NCBI GenBank assembly: GCA_051531975.1
Contig: JAOPTT010000003.1
Span: 64,001 to 128,000 of the forward strand
Reading direction: 5' to 3'
Source of the DNA: Spirochaetaceae bacterium
Lineage (GTDB): Bacteria > Spirochaetota > Spirochaetia > DSM-2461
DNA: 64,000 nucleotides
This document shows positions 48,555-60,800 of this stretch, piece after piece (the first letter of the stretch is position 1; every line of letters starts with the position of its first letter). Below the pieces are notes generated by a model. That model searched no databases and had not been told where the DNA came from. It saw nothing but the letters and a program-made list of their open reading frames with translations. The translations under genes and the position numbers were made by a program.

Positions 48555-49396
48555 TTGGAATATCCCCTAAAGGTGCAGAAATACATTCTGTTAAGACCTT
48601 ATCTGATAATCATGAATATATGTGGCAGGGAGATGCAAAATCTTGGAATAGACATGCACCTATCCTGTTTCCACAAGTTAGTGCAACTAACAATAATAAG
48701 TATACTTATAAAGAAGATGAATATACTCTAAGTTCCCATGGATTTGCCAGGGATATGGTATTTGAAATAATTGAACACACAGAAACTAAAGCAGTATTTT
48801 CTATAAGTGAAACTAAGGATACATTAAAAGTATTCCCTTTCTGTTTTCAGCTAATGTTAGGTTATGAATTAGAGGGTGATATTTTAAAAGTTACATATAA
48901 AGTAATAAACAAAGATAGTGACAATCTTCTATTTTCTATAGGCGCACATCCTGGATTCATCTGCCCTATTGAAGATAACTTAAAGTTTAATGATTACAAA
49001 ATAACACTGAATAAAAAAGAGACATCACAAAGGCGTATGAAAGGTGATGCTGTATTAACCGGTGAGAGATTGGACTACTTTGATAATGACAATATAATAA
49101 ATTTAGAGCATCCACTATTTGATGATGGTGCACTGATATTTGATGATTTAAAGTCAGATAAAATGACATTAGAAAGTGATAAAGGTACTAAGAAAATAGT
49201 TATGAACTTTAAAGGATATCCATATATGGGTATCTGGACTAAACCTAAAACAAACGCTAACTACATATGCCTAGAACCTTGGTTTGGAATCGACTCTACA
49301 GTAGGAGATTCTCCTGAATGGGCAAAAAAAGAGGGGCTAATTAATCTAGATGAAGGTGAAGAGTTTAATAGTTTTTATACTATGAGATATCTATAA
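48521..49396 (+). CDS. Aldose 1-epimerase family protein (LacX-like)
   Basis: GAEIHS, EYMWQGD..W..HAPILFP, HGFARD, GAHPGF, ICLEPWFG. Confidence 0.92.
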   Translation: MLVELKNDCLKVGISPKGAEIHSVKTLSDNHEYMWQGDAKSWNRHAPILFPQVSATNNNKYTYKEDEYTLSSHGFARDMVFEIIEHTETKAVFSISETKDTLKVFPFCFQLMLGYELEGDILKVTYKVINKDSDNLLFSIGAHPGFICPIEDNLKFNDYKITLNKKETSQRRMKGDAVLTGERLDYFDNDNIINLEHPLFDDGALIFDDLKSDKMTLESDKGTKKIVMNFKGYPYMGIWTKPKTNANYICLEPWFGIDSTVGDSPEWAKKEGLINLDEGEEFNSFYTMRYL

Positions 49397-50086
49397 AACA
49401 AATTTATATCCACGGCCTCTAACAGTCAAAATATGCCGTGGAATATCAGATTCATCAAGTTTATGCCTAAGTTTAGCAATGTGAACATCTACAGTTCTTG
49501 ATGTTGTCTCATTTTCATATCCCCAAACATCATCTAATAGTACATCCCTAGAAATTATCTTATTGGAGTTCTCTATTAGATATTCTAAGACCCTAAACTC
49601 CTGGGCATTAAGAGGTATAGGAGTTTCATTTTTACTAAGTTCCCCACTCTCTTTATTAAGGGTGAATTCGCCAAATGTTGTTTGTCCTCTACTGTTACTG
49701 TTTGAACTAACCCTACTACACCGACGTATTATAGCCTCTATTCGTGCTAATAAAACCGACATCTCAAATGGTTTTGCAATATAGTCATCCGCACCTTGTC
49801 TTAAACCTATAACAGTATCTAAATCTGTATTTCTAGCTGTTAACATTATTATTGGAGTATTTATATCTGCTGCTCTTACATTTTCACAGACCTTATAACC
49901 ATCCCGACCTGGTAACATAATATCTAATAAAATAATATCATAATTTCCTGTCTTAGCTTCCTCTTCACCACTTGGGCCATCGCCGCGAATAGTAACTTTA
50001 TACCCCTCAGAAACTAGTCTATCTTCTAAAGTAATCTGGATACCTATTTCATCTTCTATTATTAAAACGCTATACACTTTTTTCAT
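49391..50086 (-). CDS. OmpR/PhoB family response regulator
   Basis: IIEDE, LDIMLP, GADDYIAKPF, RTVDVHIAKLR, TVRGRGYKF; start refined to MKKVY. Confidence 0.93.
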   Translation of the reverse strand: MKKVYSVLIIEDEIGIQITLEDRLVSEGYKVTIRGDGPSGEEEAKTGNYDIILLDIMLPGRDGYKVCENVRAADINTPIIMLTARNTDLDTVIGLRQGADDYIAKPFEMSVLLARIEAIIRRCSRVSSNSNSRGQTTFGEFTLNKESGELSKNETPIPLNAQEFRVLEYLIENSNKIISRDVLLDDVWGYENETTSRTVDVHIAKLRHKLDESDIPRHILTVRGRGYKFVL

Positions 50087-51701
50087 CCTTATCGACCTGA
50101 CTAAATGGAATTGTAACTGTAAACTTACAACCACTTCTACTTTTTGCATCTGCCCTATTATATGGAGATTCTAAAGAGATCTTTCCACCTAATAATTTTA
50201 CTTTTTTGTAGGTTAAAAATAGTCCAAGACCGCTTCCATTAGTTTGATTTTCATGGCTTTTAACACCTCTAAAAAATGGTTCAAAAATATGTCTCTGCTC
50301 TTTTATATCAATACCGACGCCATCATCTTCAATAACAAATATAAGTTTATTAGGTAGCTTTAGATGTGCCTTTACTCTAATAACTCCCCCGTCGGAATAA
50401 CCGTGTTTAGCACTATTAATAATTAGGTTACTTAATATAAGTTCTACGGACTCTATATCTGTATAAAAGGTTTCTGGTAGACCAAAATCGAGTAGAACCT
50501 TTACACCATATTTATCTGCTATACTCTCATTTATTGTCTCTAACTCATCTTCTAAATCTGAGCATTTAACAGAAGTCAAATGTGGGGTTTGTATTGCCTT
50601 ACCCTCAAATCTTGAAAAAAGTAGTATTCCCTCTATCATCGAGGACAATCTTCTAGACTGGTCTGTTATTAATGTTCCATACTGCTCCATTCGTTTAGGG
50701 TCAATAATTCCACTTTTAATGTTATCGGCAGCAGAGTGTATAACAGCTAATGGAGTCCGTAATTCGTGGGTTACAGATGCAACAAATTCCTTCTCTCTAG
50801 CTCTAAGGATTTTTAACTTATTTATCTGGTTAAGTATTAAAATATAAGCGATACCTAAACCTATAAGAAGCAAAACTGTTAATAACCACTGTATTGTTAG
50901 TGCCTTCTCTTTTACATCAACTAAAGAGATGCCATTTTGCTGTACATCTAAATATAAAAAATCTCTTTCATTAGGACGGTTTGCTTCCATAGGTCCATTT
51001 CTAAACTTAATATCCTTTGAATCCTTTACTCGAACACCCATGGAAAAGTTAACACCCATTAACCACCCAATATCCTTAGAAAACAGACTATTTTTAATAT
51101 ACTTTATTGGAGAAAAATTATAGGTCTCTGCGTTAATAACCTGGGAATCCTCTGGTAAAGAGAAGTACCATATAAACTGATAATCTTGTAAAACAGAATC
51201 TAATCCATCCTCTATTTTATCTCTATAAAAACTTAAGAGATCAAAATATATAAATACATGAATAGGGGGTTCTTGTCCTTTTAATGGAAAGCTAAATTTA
51301 ACAATACCTGGGTTATATGGGTCTGGAGCAAAAACACCTAATTCCTCAGGTCTAATATTTCCAAAAAACTCTTTCTCCTGCCACTTTTTATCAGTATAAA
51401 TATAAAGAACATTAGTAGCTGAAATAAAACCAATATCAGATATATAACTATTATCAATGCCTTCTAAAGATTTTTTAAACTCGTCATCATCGTTATTATA
51501 GTTAAGTTCAAACAGCCCATTTGTGGAGAAAAGCTCATCCTTAAGTTCATAGGAGATAGATCTATATAGAGTAAAGTTAAGGTTTCTATAAAGTTCTGAG
51601 ATATCTTTTTCTGCAGATGACTTTAACCACTGGTACTGAATGATAGATATAAATAGAAGGGTTATAAGAACCACAGTTGTCGATATTATGTTTTTTACCA
51701 T
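50070..51701 (-). CDS. Membrane sensor histidine kinase
   Basis: Two TM; VTHELRTPL, NLIINSAKH, DDGVGI, GSGLGL. Confidence 0.92.
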   Translation of the reverse strand: MVKNIISTTVVLITLLFISIIQYQWLKSSAEKDISELYRNLNFTLYRSISYELKDELFSTNGLFELNYNNDDDEFKKSLEGIDNSYISDIGFISATNVLYIYTDKKWQEKEFFGNIRPEELGVFAPDPYNPGIVKFSFPLKGQEPPIHVFIYFDLLSFYRDKIEDGLDSVLQDYQFIWYFSLPEDSQVINAETYNFSPIKYIKNSLFSKDIGWLMGVNFSMGVRVKDSKDIKFRNGPMEANRPNERDFLYLDVQQNGISLVDVKEKALTIQWLLTVLLLIGLGIAYILILNQINKLKILRAREKEFVASVTHELRTPLAVIHSAADNIKSGIIDPKRMEQYGTLITDQSRRLSSMIEGILLFSRFEGKAIQTPHLTSVKCSDLEDELETINESIADKYGVKVLLDFGLPETFYTDIESVELILSNLIINSAKHGYSDGGVIRVKAHLKLPNKLIFVIEDDGVGIDIKEQRHIFEPFFRGVKSHENQTNGSGLGLFLTYKKVKLLGGKISLESPYNRADAKSRSGCKFTVTIPFSQVDKDEKSV

Positions 51702-51752
51702 GATCTAAATATATAATCCTTTATCTTTGTTTTCCATAATTTTAGGTATCAT

Positions 51753-51789
51753 TTTACATAGTTTACAATTCTTTTACACACTGTTAACC
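51753..51789. promoter_or_regulatory. Putative OmpR-type direct-repeat binding site
   Basis: tttaca three times (51753, 51762, 51773) plus ttaacc, in the divergent TCS/exporter intergenic region. Confidence 0.4.
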
Positions 51790-51834
51790 ATAGAGACTAA
51801 TAATAGAGCTATATTTAAGCTACGGAGGACTTAC

Positions 51835-53124
51835 GTGGTAGAGAGAAAAATAATTAATGTAGATGATAGTGCACCACTAATTTCTAAAAAAAAGAAAAAA
51901 CAGGCTGCAGTAACATTTGCTAGTGTTATAGCTATAGTCATTATAGTAGTAGTAGTTATCTTATTAACAACAGCAGATAAAATCCAAAAAGTTGGAAACT
52001 TCAGTATTACTAAAGTAATATCTGGCCCATTAACAACATCCACAGAAGCTAGTGGTTCAGTTGTATTACCAACCCAGGTATCTATAGTTTCTATGGAGAC
52101 AGGTTATGTATCAAAACTTTTTGTTGAAGTTGGAGATTCCGTAACAAGTTCTACAATTTTAGCAACTCTAAATATTCCTGAATTAGAGCAGGATCTAGTT
52201 GATCTTCAGAATGATATAGAGACAAAAGAGATAAGTTTAGAACAGACTTTATTAAGCCATGAATATGCTATTAAAGAGCTAACCATTGATCTTAAAAGAT
52301 TAGAAAAAGATATTACAGATTCTAAAGCCGATCTAGTTAAAGTCGAAGAGTTAAAGAACCTTAAAAGTTCTAGAGAGTCTGATTACGATGACGCCATAGA
52401 TAATTTAGAAGATTTAAATAATCAGAAAGAGGACCTTCTATTAGATCTTGAAAAAGAGAATAGACAGGGTGCTTTAAGTATTAGAAGTAAAGAAGCTGAG
52501 CTATCTCAGTTAAAAACTAATTTAAGTCGTGTAGAATCTGATCTTGCAGATGCAAATATTAAAAGTCCAATTAGTGGAGATGTTATTAGTATAGACCAGA
52601 AGTTATTTGTACCAGGTAGTAGAGTGACTCAAAGTACAGAACTTTTTACAGTTGCTAATACTAGTGACGTATATATAGATTTAGAAGTTTACGAAGAACA
52701 CCGAACAGTTTTAGAAGTTGGTGGAATAATGGAAATATTAATAAGTTCCAACATTATAGAGGCTGAAATACTTCAGATTGGTAGTGTTGCAAGTTTATCC
52801 TCAGACTCTTTAGCTGCCACAATTACTGTAAGGGCTAAACCTATCCAGGATGTTGATTTAACAAGTGGAGCATCAGCTGTTGCAACAATTCCATTAGGAA
52901 CAAAAGAGGATGCCCTTATTTTACCTAGAGGGTCATATTTAACTACTGGTAATCAAAAATATGTCTATATAGTAGATGGTGATATGGCATATAAAACAGA
53001 GGTTACATACGGAACGATAGACGGTACTGAAGTAGAGATAATAAGTGGATTAGAGGCTGGTGATAAAATTATAATTAGTAGTTACCAGAGTTTTATAGAC
53101 CAGGAAACAATAGAGTTAAAGTAG
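51835..53124 (+). CDS. Efflux periplasmic adaptor (MacA/HlyD-like)
   Basis: GGAGG RBS with GTG start; one TM; VEVGDSV, coiled coil, IKSPISGDV, EIISGLEAGDKII. Confidence 0.9.
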   Translation: MVERKIINVDDSAPLISKKKKKQAAVTFASVIAIVIIVVVVILLTTADKIQKVGNFSITKVISGPLTTSTEASGSVVLPTQVSIVSMETGYVSKLFVEVGDSVTSSTILATLNIPELEQDLVDLQNDIETKEISLEQTLLSHEYAIKELTIDLKRLEKDITDSKADLVKVEELKNLKSSRESDYDDAIDNLEDLNNQKEDLLLDLEKENRQGALSIRSKEAELSQLKTNLSRVESDLADANIKSPISGDVISIDQKLFVPGSRVTQSTELFTVANTSDVYIDLEVYEEHRTVLEVGGIMEILISSNIIEAEILQIGSVASLSSDSLAATITVRAKPIQDVDLTSGASAVATIPLGTKEDALILPRGSYLTTGNQKYVYIVDGDMAYKTEVTYGTIDGTEVEIISGLEAGDKIIISSYQSFIDQETIELK

Positions 53125-53132
53125 GAGATAAT

Positions 53133-53822
53133 ATGATTACATTAAAAAACATTAATAAGATTTACGACCTTGGAGAAGTTAAGGTTGAAGCATTAAAAAG
53201 TATAGATTTAACAATAAATAGAGGTGAATATGTATCAATAATGGGACCTTCCGGTTCAGGGAAATCAACATTAATGCATATTATGGGTATATTAGATTCC
53301 CCATCTAGTGGTCAGTATTTATTAGAGGATTACGATATAACTTCGCTACCAGATAGAGAGTTAGCCCGAATTAGAAATAAACACTTTGGTTTTATATTCC
53401 AAAGTTTTAATCTATTCCCAGAACTAAGTGCCTTGGAAAATGTAATGTTACCACTTAGTTATGCAGGAATACCCCATAAACAGAGAAAGGCAAGAGCTCA
53501 GGAAGTATTAGCTGAAGTTGGACTTTCCCACCGAATGCAACATTTACCAACTATGATGAGTGGTGGTGAGCAACAGAGAGTTGCTGTAGCTAGAGCTCTA
53601 TCTGGAGATCCTGATCTAATATTAGCCGATGAACCAACAGGTAATCTTCCTTCCGACAGAGGCCATGAAATTATGGATATGTTAGAGGACTTAAATAAAA
53701 AGGGTGTAACAATTGTAATGGTTACACATAGTGACGAACAAGGTGCTAGAGCAAAGAGAAAGATATCAATTAGAGATGGTATTTTACATAGCGATGAACT
53801 ATATAAAGGGGGACCTCTATAA
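53133..53822 (+). CDS. ABC transporter ATP-binding protein (MacB/LolD-like)
   Basis: GPSGSGKST, MSGGEQQRVAVARAL, LADEPTGNL, MVTH. Confidence 0.95.
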   Translation: MITLKNINKIYDLGEVKVEALKSIDLTINRGEYVSIMGPSGSGKSTLMHIMGILDSPSSGQYLLEDYDITSLPDRELARIRNKHFGFIFQSFNLFPELSALENVMLPLSYAGIPHKQRKARAQEVLAEVGLSHRMQHLPTMMSGGEQQRVAVARALSGDPDLILADEPTGNLPSDRGHEIMDMLEDLNKKGVTIVMVTHSDEQGARAKRKISIRDGILHSDELYKGGPL

Positions 53823-55177
53823 TGACCAACGAACCTAATTTAATAATGAAGAGAAGGTTTACTGGTCGGATATTAGAGTCAGGTCTTCTGATTATTGCAG
53901 TGGCGCTAGGTGTTGGAGCTGCAGCATCAGGGTTATCCCTTCTTTTTCATACAAACGAGTACAGTAAAAAACTTTTAGCATCCCCGGAATATAGAGAAGT
54001 TGTTGTAACTACACGGGCAGATATGGAGGATATGGAGTTCCCCGTAATTGAGAAAATCTCTGAAAAAGAGGTTAGACTTGGAACCCAGGACTTAAAAGCT
54101 GGAGAACTTATGCCTAGTATCTCCTTCTCATATATTACAGCTGGATCAAGAATTGGTTTTATGACTACAGAGGTTCTAGAATCTAAGAATGTACCCCAAA
54201 GAGGCCCAGGCAGAAATAGGGATAATGAAGATAATAAAGATGAAGTAAGTGATTTTGAGAAGATGGTTGAAACATTTGAAAAAGCTGCCGACAGCCCAGA
54301 TTATATAATTCCAGAAGTTGAAGAAATTAGTGGATATCAGGTATCGTCACAATTTTTTAATGCTATGGATATGGATACGTCCTACGGTAGTTTTTTCACT
54401 TCTAAGGACTATACAACTAATAATAACTTCATAATTCTAGGATCAGAAATTGCAGAATTATTAGCAGGCAGTAAATATGAATTATCTGAACTAACTGGAA
54501 AAAAAATAATCTCCTGGGAAAGTTTATATACAGTAATTGGTATTTTACAGCCCACTGGTACCGATATGGACGACCAATTCTACTCTCCAGTAAAACAGTT
54601 AACAGAGAATGGTAGATTTAGAGGCAGAGGAATGGGTAGTTCAAACCTTAGATACTCTGTAACTAATGTAGAAGATCTAGATAATACTGTTACAATGTTA
54701 ACCCAGTGGTTTGATACAGCATATGGTGTTGGTCAGGTATCAATATCCAACCCTAGAGCAGAAGCTACCAGACTAGTTAGTAGAAATAGAGGAATTAGTA
54801 TTTTAATACTATTTCTAAGTTTAGCAGGACTTTTTATAGCATCTGTAAATGTATCAAATATATTAATGAGTAGATCACTACGAATGAAAAAACATGTAGG
54901 TATTTTAAAAGCCCTAGGTGCATCTAAAAAGAGCATTATCAAACTTTTTGCTACAGAGGCACTAATAATTACTTTAATTGGTTCAATATTAGGAGCAGGT
55001 TTAGCAATTCCACTATCTATGGCTATGGAAAGCTCTTTAGGATTAGGTGATGTATCTTGGTTATACATTTTAATCGGAGTAGTTTTATCATCCATATTAA
55101 CACTACTGTTTTCAGTTATTCCAGCTAGACAAAACTCTGGAATAGAGGCAGCCACAGCCATGAGAAGTGCAGGTTAA
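53822..55177 (+). CDS. MacB/FtsX-family ABC permease
   Basis: N-terminal TM, periplasmic domain, GILKALGAS, three C-terminal TMs. Confidence 0.88.
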   Translation: MTNEPNLIMKRRFTGRILESGLLIIAVALGVGAAASGLSLLFHTNEYSKKLLASPEYREVVVTTRADMEDMEFPVIEKISEKEVRLGTQDLKAGELMPSISFSYITAGSRIGFMTTEVLESKNVPQRGPGRNRDNEDNKDEVSDFEKMVETFEKAADSPDYIIPEVEEISGYQVSSQFFNAMDMDTSYGSFFTSKDYTTNNNFIILGSEIAELLAGSKYELSELTGKKIISWESLYTVIGILQPTGTDMDDQFYSPVKQLTENGRFRGRGMGSSNLRYSVTNVEDLDNTVTMLTQWFDTAYGVGQVSISNPRAEATRLVSRNRGISILILFLSLAGLFIASVNVSNILMSRSLRMKKHVGILKALGASKKSIIKLFATEALIITLIGSILGAGLAIPLSMAMESSLGLGDVSWLYILIGVVLSSILTLLFSVIPARQNSGIEAATAMRSAG

Positions 55178-55187
55178 GGAGAGAGAT

Positions 55188-56489
55188 ATGAAAAAATTAT
55201 TAACAACATTATTAAGACATTGGATTAAAACTCCAGTTAAAATATCCCTAACCCTATTAGCAGTAGCTCTAGGAACTGGGATTCTGATTTTATCCTTTAG
55301 TGCAGGGCAAATTATAGAGAATGAAATAGTATCTTTAATGAATAAAGATGGAATAGTTTTACAGGTAGTAAATGGAGTTTGGGGTGAAGATGGAGAGATG
55401 GAAAATCAACGTCCTACAGAGTGGAAAAAAAATATAATAGATAATCTAAAATCGGATGGAACATTAATTAAAGAAGCAGCCATGATCTTTCACTTTCCTA
55501 TTCCATATATTAGTACAAACGGAAAACCTTACCAAATTAGAAACATTATGGGTAGTGATCCATCTTATCTAGATGTATTTTCGCTGGATATTGTAGCAGG
55601 GAGCAGAATGACACAGCAGGATTTTGATTCAGGGCTTCCTAAAGTTTGGATTTCTGAAGAGATGGCAAACATGTTATATGGATCTGCTGATAAAGCTATT
55701 GGTCAAAAAATATCTCCACCTGGTCGTACCCAGAGAAATGGGAAACAGGCTGATTTTTTAATATCACAATTTAGTGTAGCAGGGGTTTATGAAACACCAT
55801 CTGAAGTTGCTAGAAGAGCATATGGAATTGCCGATGCACTATTTCCTGTAACATCTATTATGCCTACAAATAAAAAAGGTGCCGGTGTTCTAAACTGGTT
55901 ATCAGCACGGTTAGTAGTAAAAAGTAGCTCTACTTCAGTGGAAAAGTCTACAGCGGAAATAAACCAGATTGTAGAAAATTCATATGGAACTGAGACCCAG
56001 GTAACAGTGTGGGAAGGTGACCCTAGTGGTGAGTCAAACTACATGAATGAGTTAAGACAGACAATAGCTATTTTTACAGTATCTATTAAAATATTAGGTA
56101 TAGTTCTGTTACTGACCAGTTCCTTAGGGATCTTTAGTATTATGGTTGTTGAAGCCTTAGGTAGAAAAAAAGAGATCGCAATAGAGAGAGCTTTAGGAGC
56201 ATCTAAACTTAGAGTTGTTTTTGAGTTCTGGCAGTGGTCCTTAATGTTAAGTTTATTAGGAGCAATATTAGGTGTAATTTTAGCCTTTGTTATTGCAGAG
56301 CCCGTTCTAGGAACTATGACACCTCTATTAACAGAGTTAACTGATAACATAGACATGGGAATTAAGGTTAAACCTATGGCATTAATTTCAGGTGTACTTT
56401 TAGCATTAGGTTGTGGTGGAATATTAGGTGTACTTCCTGCCTTTTCGGCAACAAAAGGTGACATCTCCGATACATTAAGGGACGCATAA
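55188..56489 (+). CDS. MacB/FtsX-family ABC permease
   Basis: RKKEIAIERALGAS, GVLPA; start refined after AGGAG. Confidence 0.88.
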   Translation: MKKLLTTLLRHWIKTPVKISLTLLAVALGTGILILSFSAGQIIENEIVSLMNKDGIVLQVVNGVWGEDGEMENQRPTEWKKNIIDNLKSDGTLIKEAAMIFHFPIPYISTNGKPYQIRNIMGSDPSYLDVFSLDIVAGSRMTQQDFDSGLPKVWISEEMANMLYGSADKAIGQKISPPGRTQRNGKQADFLISQFSVAGVYETPSEVARRAYGIADALFPVTSIMPTNKKGAGVLNWLSARLVVKSSSTSVEKSTAEINQIVENSYGTETQVTVWEGDPSGESNYMNELRQTIAIFTVSIKILGIVLLLTSSLGIFSIMVVEALGRKKEIAIERALGASKLRVVFEFWQWSLMLSLLGAILGVILAFVIAEPVLGTMTPLLTELTDNIDMGIKVKPMALISGVLLALGCGGILGVLPAFSATKGDISDTLRDA

Positions 56490-57769
56490 TGATAAAAAAA
56501 TTATTGATATCTATACTGTTTATATTGTTTTCATCATCACTATTTTCTATTACAGAAATAAGCAGTATAGAGCAGATACAACAGTTTGCAATAGAGAGCA
56601 GTATTGAGTATAAAAACAGTCAATTAAACTTAGAGGAAGCAGAGGAGGATGTTAAGGGGATACTTCTATTAGACTCAACATCCTTATCTGTAAGAACCTC
56701 AAACAGTGACCTTGAAAATGGTGATTGGGGTCTGACTACATCCATTGAGATTCCAATAGTTGAACAGTTATCAATTACAGGAGATATAGATGAGGACCTC
56801 TCTGGCTCTATAGGGCTTAGTATTAATCCTTTAGCCCACTCTGAAACTGTAGTAAGGTCAGAAGTATCATATAAAACAGCTTTTATTGAAGTAGAAACAG
56901 CCTATCTTGAAGCCCAAAACGAGGCTGTTTCTGCAAGTTTAAACTGGATGATAGTTAGACAAAACATGAAAATACAAAACAAAAGAGTAGACTTAAATTT
57001 ACTGCTATATAACGATGATAAAGATAGATATCAACTTGGGGATATTACTTTAGATCAACTTCAAGATAGTTTAGTAACGTGGTCTGAATCCAGGAAAGAA
57101 CTATTAGAAATAAACCAGAGTTATAAACAAGCAGAGAAGAGTTTATATAGTAGCCTTGGTGTAAATTCAACAGAAGTGAAACTAAATATTTTAACTATAG
57201 CTAACATTGAAGAGTCACTTAAAAAACTTAAAGCAGACATTGATATAAATCAGGGTAATTTCTTAAAAAGCAGTAGTTATAGATTGTCAAATTATTCTGT
57301 AGAAAGTGCAAAAGAAAACTTTAATAAAACTTGGGTTTATGAACCTAGTCTGTCTGCAGATTTAGGAATGACCTATAGTGCAGAAGATTCCGAGACCTCA
57401 GTTTTTAATGCTTCTATTAACTTCTCCATAACTCTAGATGACTTTCAAAGTAAAAAAAGAGACAGAGCTGAAGAGTCTTATAAGTTATCAGTTAGAGAGA
57501 TGGAACTAAAGAGAAACGAGGCAGAACTGGACTTTAATCAGGCATTAGAAGAGCTTGAAAGTAGTCTTATTAATAGTGAAATTTATAGGATTGAGTATGA
57601 TCAAGCACTGCTACTATTCTACGAAGGTGAACTACTATTTAAAGCAGGGGATTATTCTGAAGTTGAATTAGAACAGAGCCACATTTATTTAGAAGGAGCA
57701 AAAAATAGTCTCTTTAACTCCTTAGCCGATGAATATAAAGTCTGGATGGATTTTAGAAAGTATCTTTAA
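56489..57769 (+). CDS. TolC-like outer membrane efflux protein
   Basis: Signal peptide, helical repeats (RYQLGDIT, FKAGDYS); last gene of the exporter operon. Confidence 0.7.
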   Translation: MIKKLLISILFILFSSSLFSITEISSIEQIQQFAIESSIEYKNSQLNLEEAEEDVKGILLLDSTSLSVRTSNSDLENGDWGLTTSIEIPIVEQLSITGDIDEDLSGSIGLSINPLAHSETVVRSEVSYKTAFIEVETAYLEAQNEAVSASLNWMIVRQNMKIQNKRVDLNLLLYNDDKDRYQLGDITLDQLQDSLVTWSESRKELLEINQSYKQAEKSLYSSLGVNSTEVKLNILTIANIEESLKKLKADIDINQGNFLKSSSYRLSNYSVESAKENFNKTWVYEPSLSADLGMTYSAEDSETSVFNASINFSITLDDFQSKKRDRAEESYKLSVREMELKRNEAELDFNQALEELESSLINSEIYRIEYDQALLLFYEGELLFKAGDYSEVELEQSHIYLEGAKNSLFNSLADEYKVWMDFRKYL

Positions 57770-57839
57770 TATACAAACTATTAACATTATTACACATTCT
57801 AGCTTATATTTATAAAATAAGCATTGTAATAAGGTATAA

Positions 57840-60800
57840 ATGGAAAAGAAAAAAAGGCGACGAATTGCAGTTATCTCAGCGTTTATATCCGGGTATTATC
57901 TCGGTGAAATTGTGGATAACTTAAGGTTACAATCAATAGAACATGACTTTGATTTAATTGCAATTGAGACTCGTAGTTTCAAAACTTATGAATTAACAGT
58001 TGCATTAGGTAATGTTGATGGTGTTATAATAATTATTGACTCAATTTCATCAAAATTAGCAAATGAGATCGCATCTAATAATATACCTGTAATATCCATA
58101 GGGTATGACTATTTCCCAGCAAAAATTGAGACTGTGCAAATCGATAATATTAATGGGATGATTCAGATATTAGATCATTTAGTAGATCTGGGGCATAAAA
58201 AAATAGGCTTTGCAGGGGATGTGAGTGTTCATGACTTTAGTTTGAGATATCAAGCCTATAAAAAATATATTCAGGAGCATAACTTAAGTTTAGAACAATC
58301 CATGATTTTTGATGTAACAGGAAATGATCAACAAGGTGGAACAAAAATCGCAGAAGAGTTTATATCAAGAAATAGACCATGTACAGCAATGGTATTTGCG
58401 ACTGATATTACAGCTGCTGGATTTCATAAGAAGATGCTTGCATCAAACATTAAAATTCCAGAAGATGTAGCAATTGCAGGATTTGATAATGCGATTATAG
58501 CAGCAATGTGTATTCCACAAATAACAACTATAGATCAGAATTTACCCCATCTATCAAAATATGTAGTAAAAAGGATTCTAGAAAAAATAGATGGGGCTCC
58601 ATTTTTTAAAGCTGTAAACCTTCCATGTACAATACTAAAAAGAAGTTCAACAACAGGTGAAAAAAACTTTTTACCTGTTGTTGAATTAAAAGATAAAGAC
58701 AGCACTTCACTTAAAATAATGGAAGGAATTGTGTCTAACAATTTTGAATCAATGAAAGCAATTATATTAAACAATAATGATGGTGGTAATATAGTTAATG
58801 CATTTGGTTCATTTTTTAAATTTGCCTGCGTTGCGAAATGGAAGGATCCTAATAAACCAGAAACATTAATTATAGATAACTTGATAAATGATTTTTCCAA
58901 CAATCAGCAAGAATATAAACTTGGAGATGAAATAGCTAAAAAAGAGTTTCCCTTTGATCATTTATTCAACATAAATAGTAAAAATCATATAGTATCGGTG
59001 TTCCCATTAATGTTTAAACATAGACTATGGGGAATATTTGCAATATCGGGAGAAGCAGACAATAATGACCTCTATTCCAGCTATCAAATATTTGCAAATC
59101 ATATGGAAGTATTGGTAAGTATAATGGAAAAAGAGAAGCTCTTGGATATGGTTGTCCAAAAGGAAGAGCATCATAAAACATTAACTGACGAATTGAAAGT
59201 AATTTCAAATAATAGCACCGATGGTGTTTGGATATGGGATTGTAAGAAAAACATATTTGAGTGGAACATAAAAGCACTGAATATGATTGGATATCAAAAT
59301 GAGATAGATTTAAAGTCCACAAAAAATATACCTATTTATGAGATGGCTCATATAGAAGATATGTATAAAGTTAAAAATGAGTTCCAATCTCTTCTAAAAA
59401 ATAAACAAAAATCCAGTATAGAGTTTAGAATTTCTAATAAATCTAACAATTTTATCTGGATTAAATCGAAAGCAGAAACAATATTTGATGAAGAGGGTCA
59501 GCCTTCAAGAATAATCGGAACTATTACCGATCTCTCTGAAAGACATGAACACATAAACAAAATAAAATATATGTCATTATACGATGAACTAACAGGGCTT
59601 CCTAATAGAGCAAATATGAGGTTAGAACTTGATAAGATAATATCTTTAAATAACGATCAAGTTCTTGCTGTTTTACTTTTGGATTTAGATAGGTTTAAAC
59701 TTCTAAACGATAGTCATGGCCATATAGCAGGAGATAGATTATTAATCCATATTTCAAAGATAATTAGTGCAGAACTAAGAAGTGTAGATCTGCTTTATAG
59801 AATTGGAGGGGATGAATTTGTTATTATATGCCCAATCCAAACAGGGAAAGAAGCTTTAACAATTGCAGATCGAGTATTAGAGAGTATACGTACACCATAT
59901 ATTGATGAAACAGGTTTTGAATTTCATCTCTCAAGTAGTATTGGAATTGCTCAATATCCAAACCATGGAAAGAATACACAACAACTAATTAAGAATGCGG
60001 ATATCGCTATGTATCAGGCTAAAAAAGTTGGAAAAAACTGTATTATTCAATTTAAAGATGATATGGCTAATACTTTTCAAGGAAAGTTTGATATGGAGAG
60101 ACTGCTAAGGAAAGCATTAAAAAACAGAGAGTTTAATATTTTCATACAACCGCAATTTAATATAGAGAGCAGTAAACTTGTTGGTGGAGAAGTTTTAATT
60201 AGATGGTTTTCTGCAGAATTAGGACAAATTTCTCCTGTAGAGTTTATACCTATAGCAGAAGAGACAGATTTAATAATACCAATAGGTGCATGGGTATTAA
60301 ATGAAAGTTGCAAGTTAATAAAAAGGTTTAAAGAGGACTATAGTTTTAATATTGATCTGTCTATTAATGTAAGTCCAGCACAAATCCTTAGAAGTGATTT
60401 TGTAAAAATTATAAAAGCCTCAATAAAAAATAATGATATAGATCCTCATAACATTTGTATTGAAGTAACAGAGAGTATGGCTATCAATAACATTGAACAT
60501 ACGATCTTGGTTATTAATGAATTAAAGAAAATTGGTATTCAAATATCTTTAGATGATTTTGGTACAGGTTATTCATCTCTATCAGTATTAAAAGAGCTAC
60601 CTTTAGATGAGTTAAAAATAGATAAATCTTTCTTACCAGAAAATGACAAAGAGGGCAAAGAATGGGCAATAATTCAATCCATAATTACGATGGGTCATGC
60701 CCTAGGGATTAGAATAGTTACTGAAGGAGTAGAAAATATTCAGCAACTTAATGTTTTAAAATCTATGGGTTGTGATATAGCACAAGGTTTCTATTTGGGA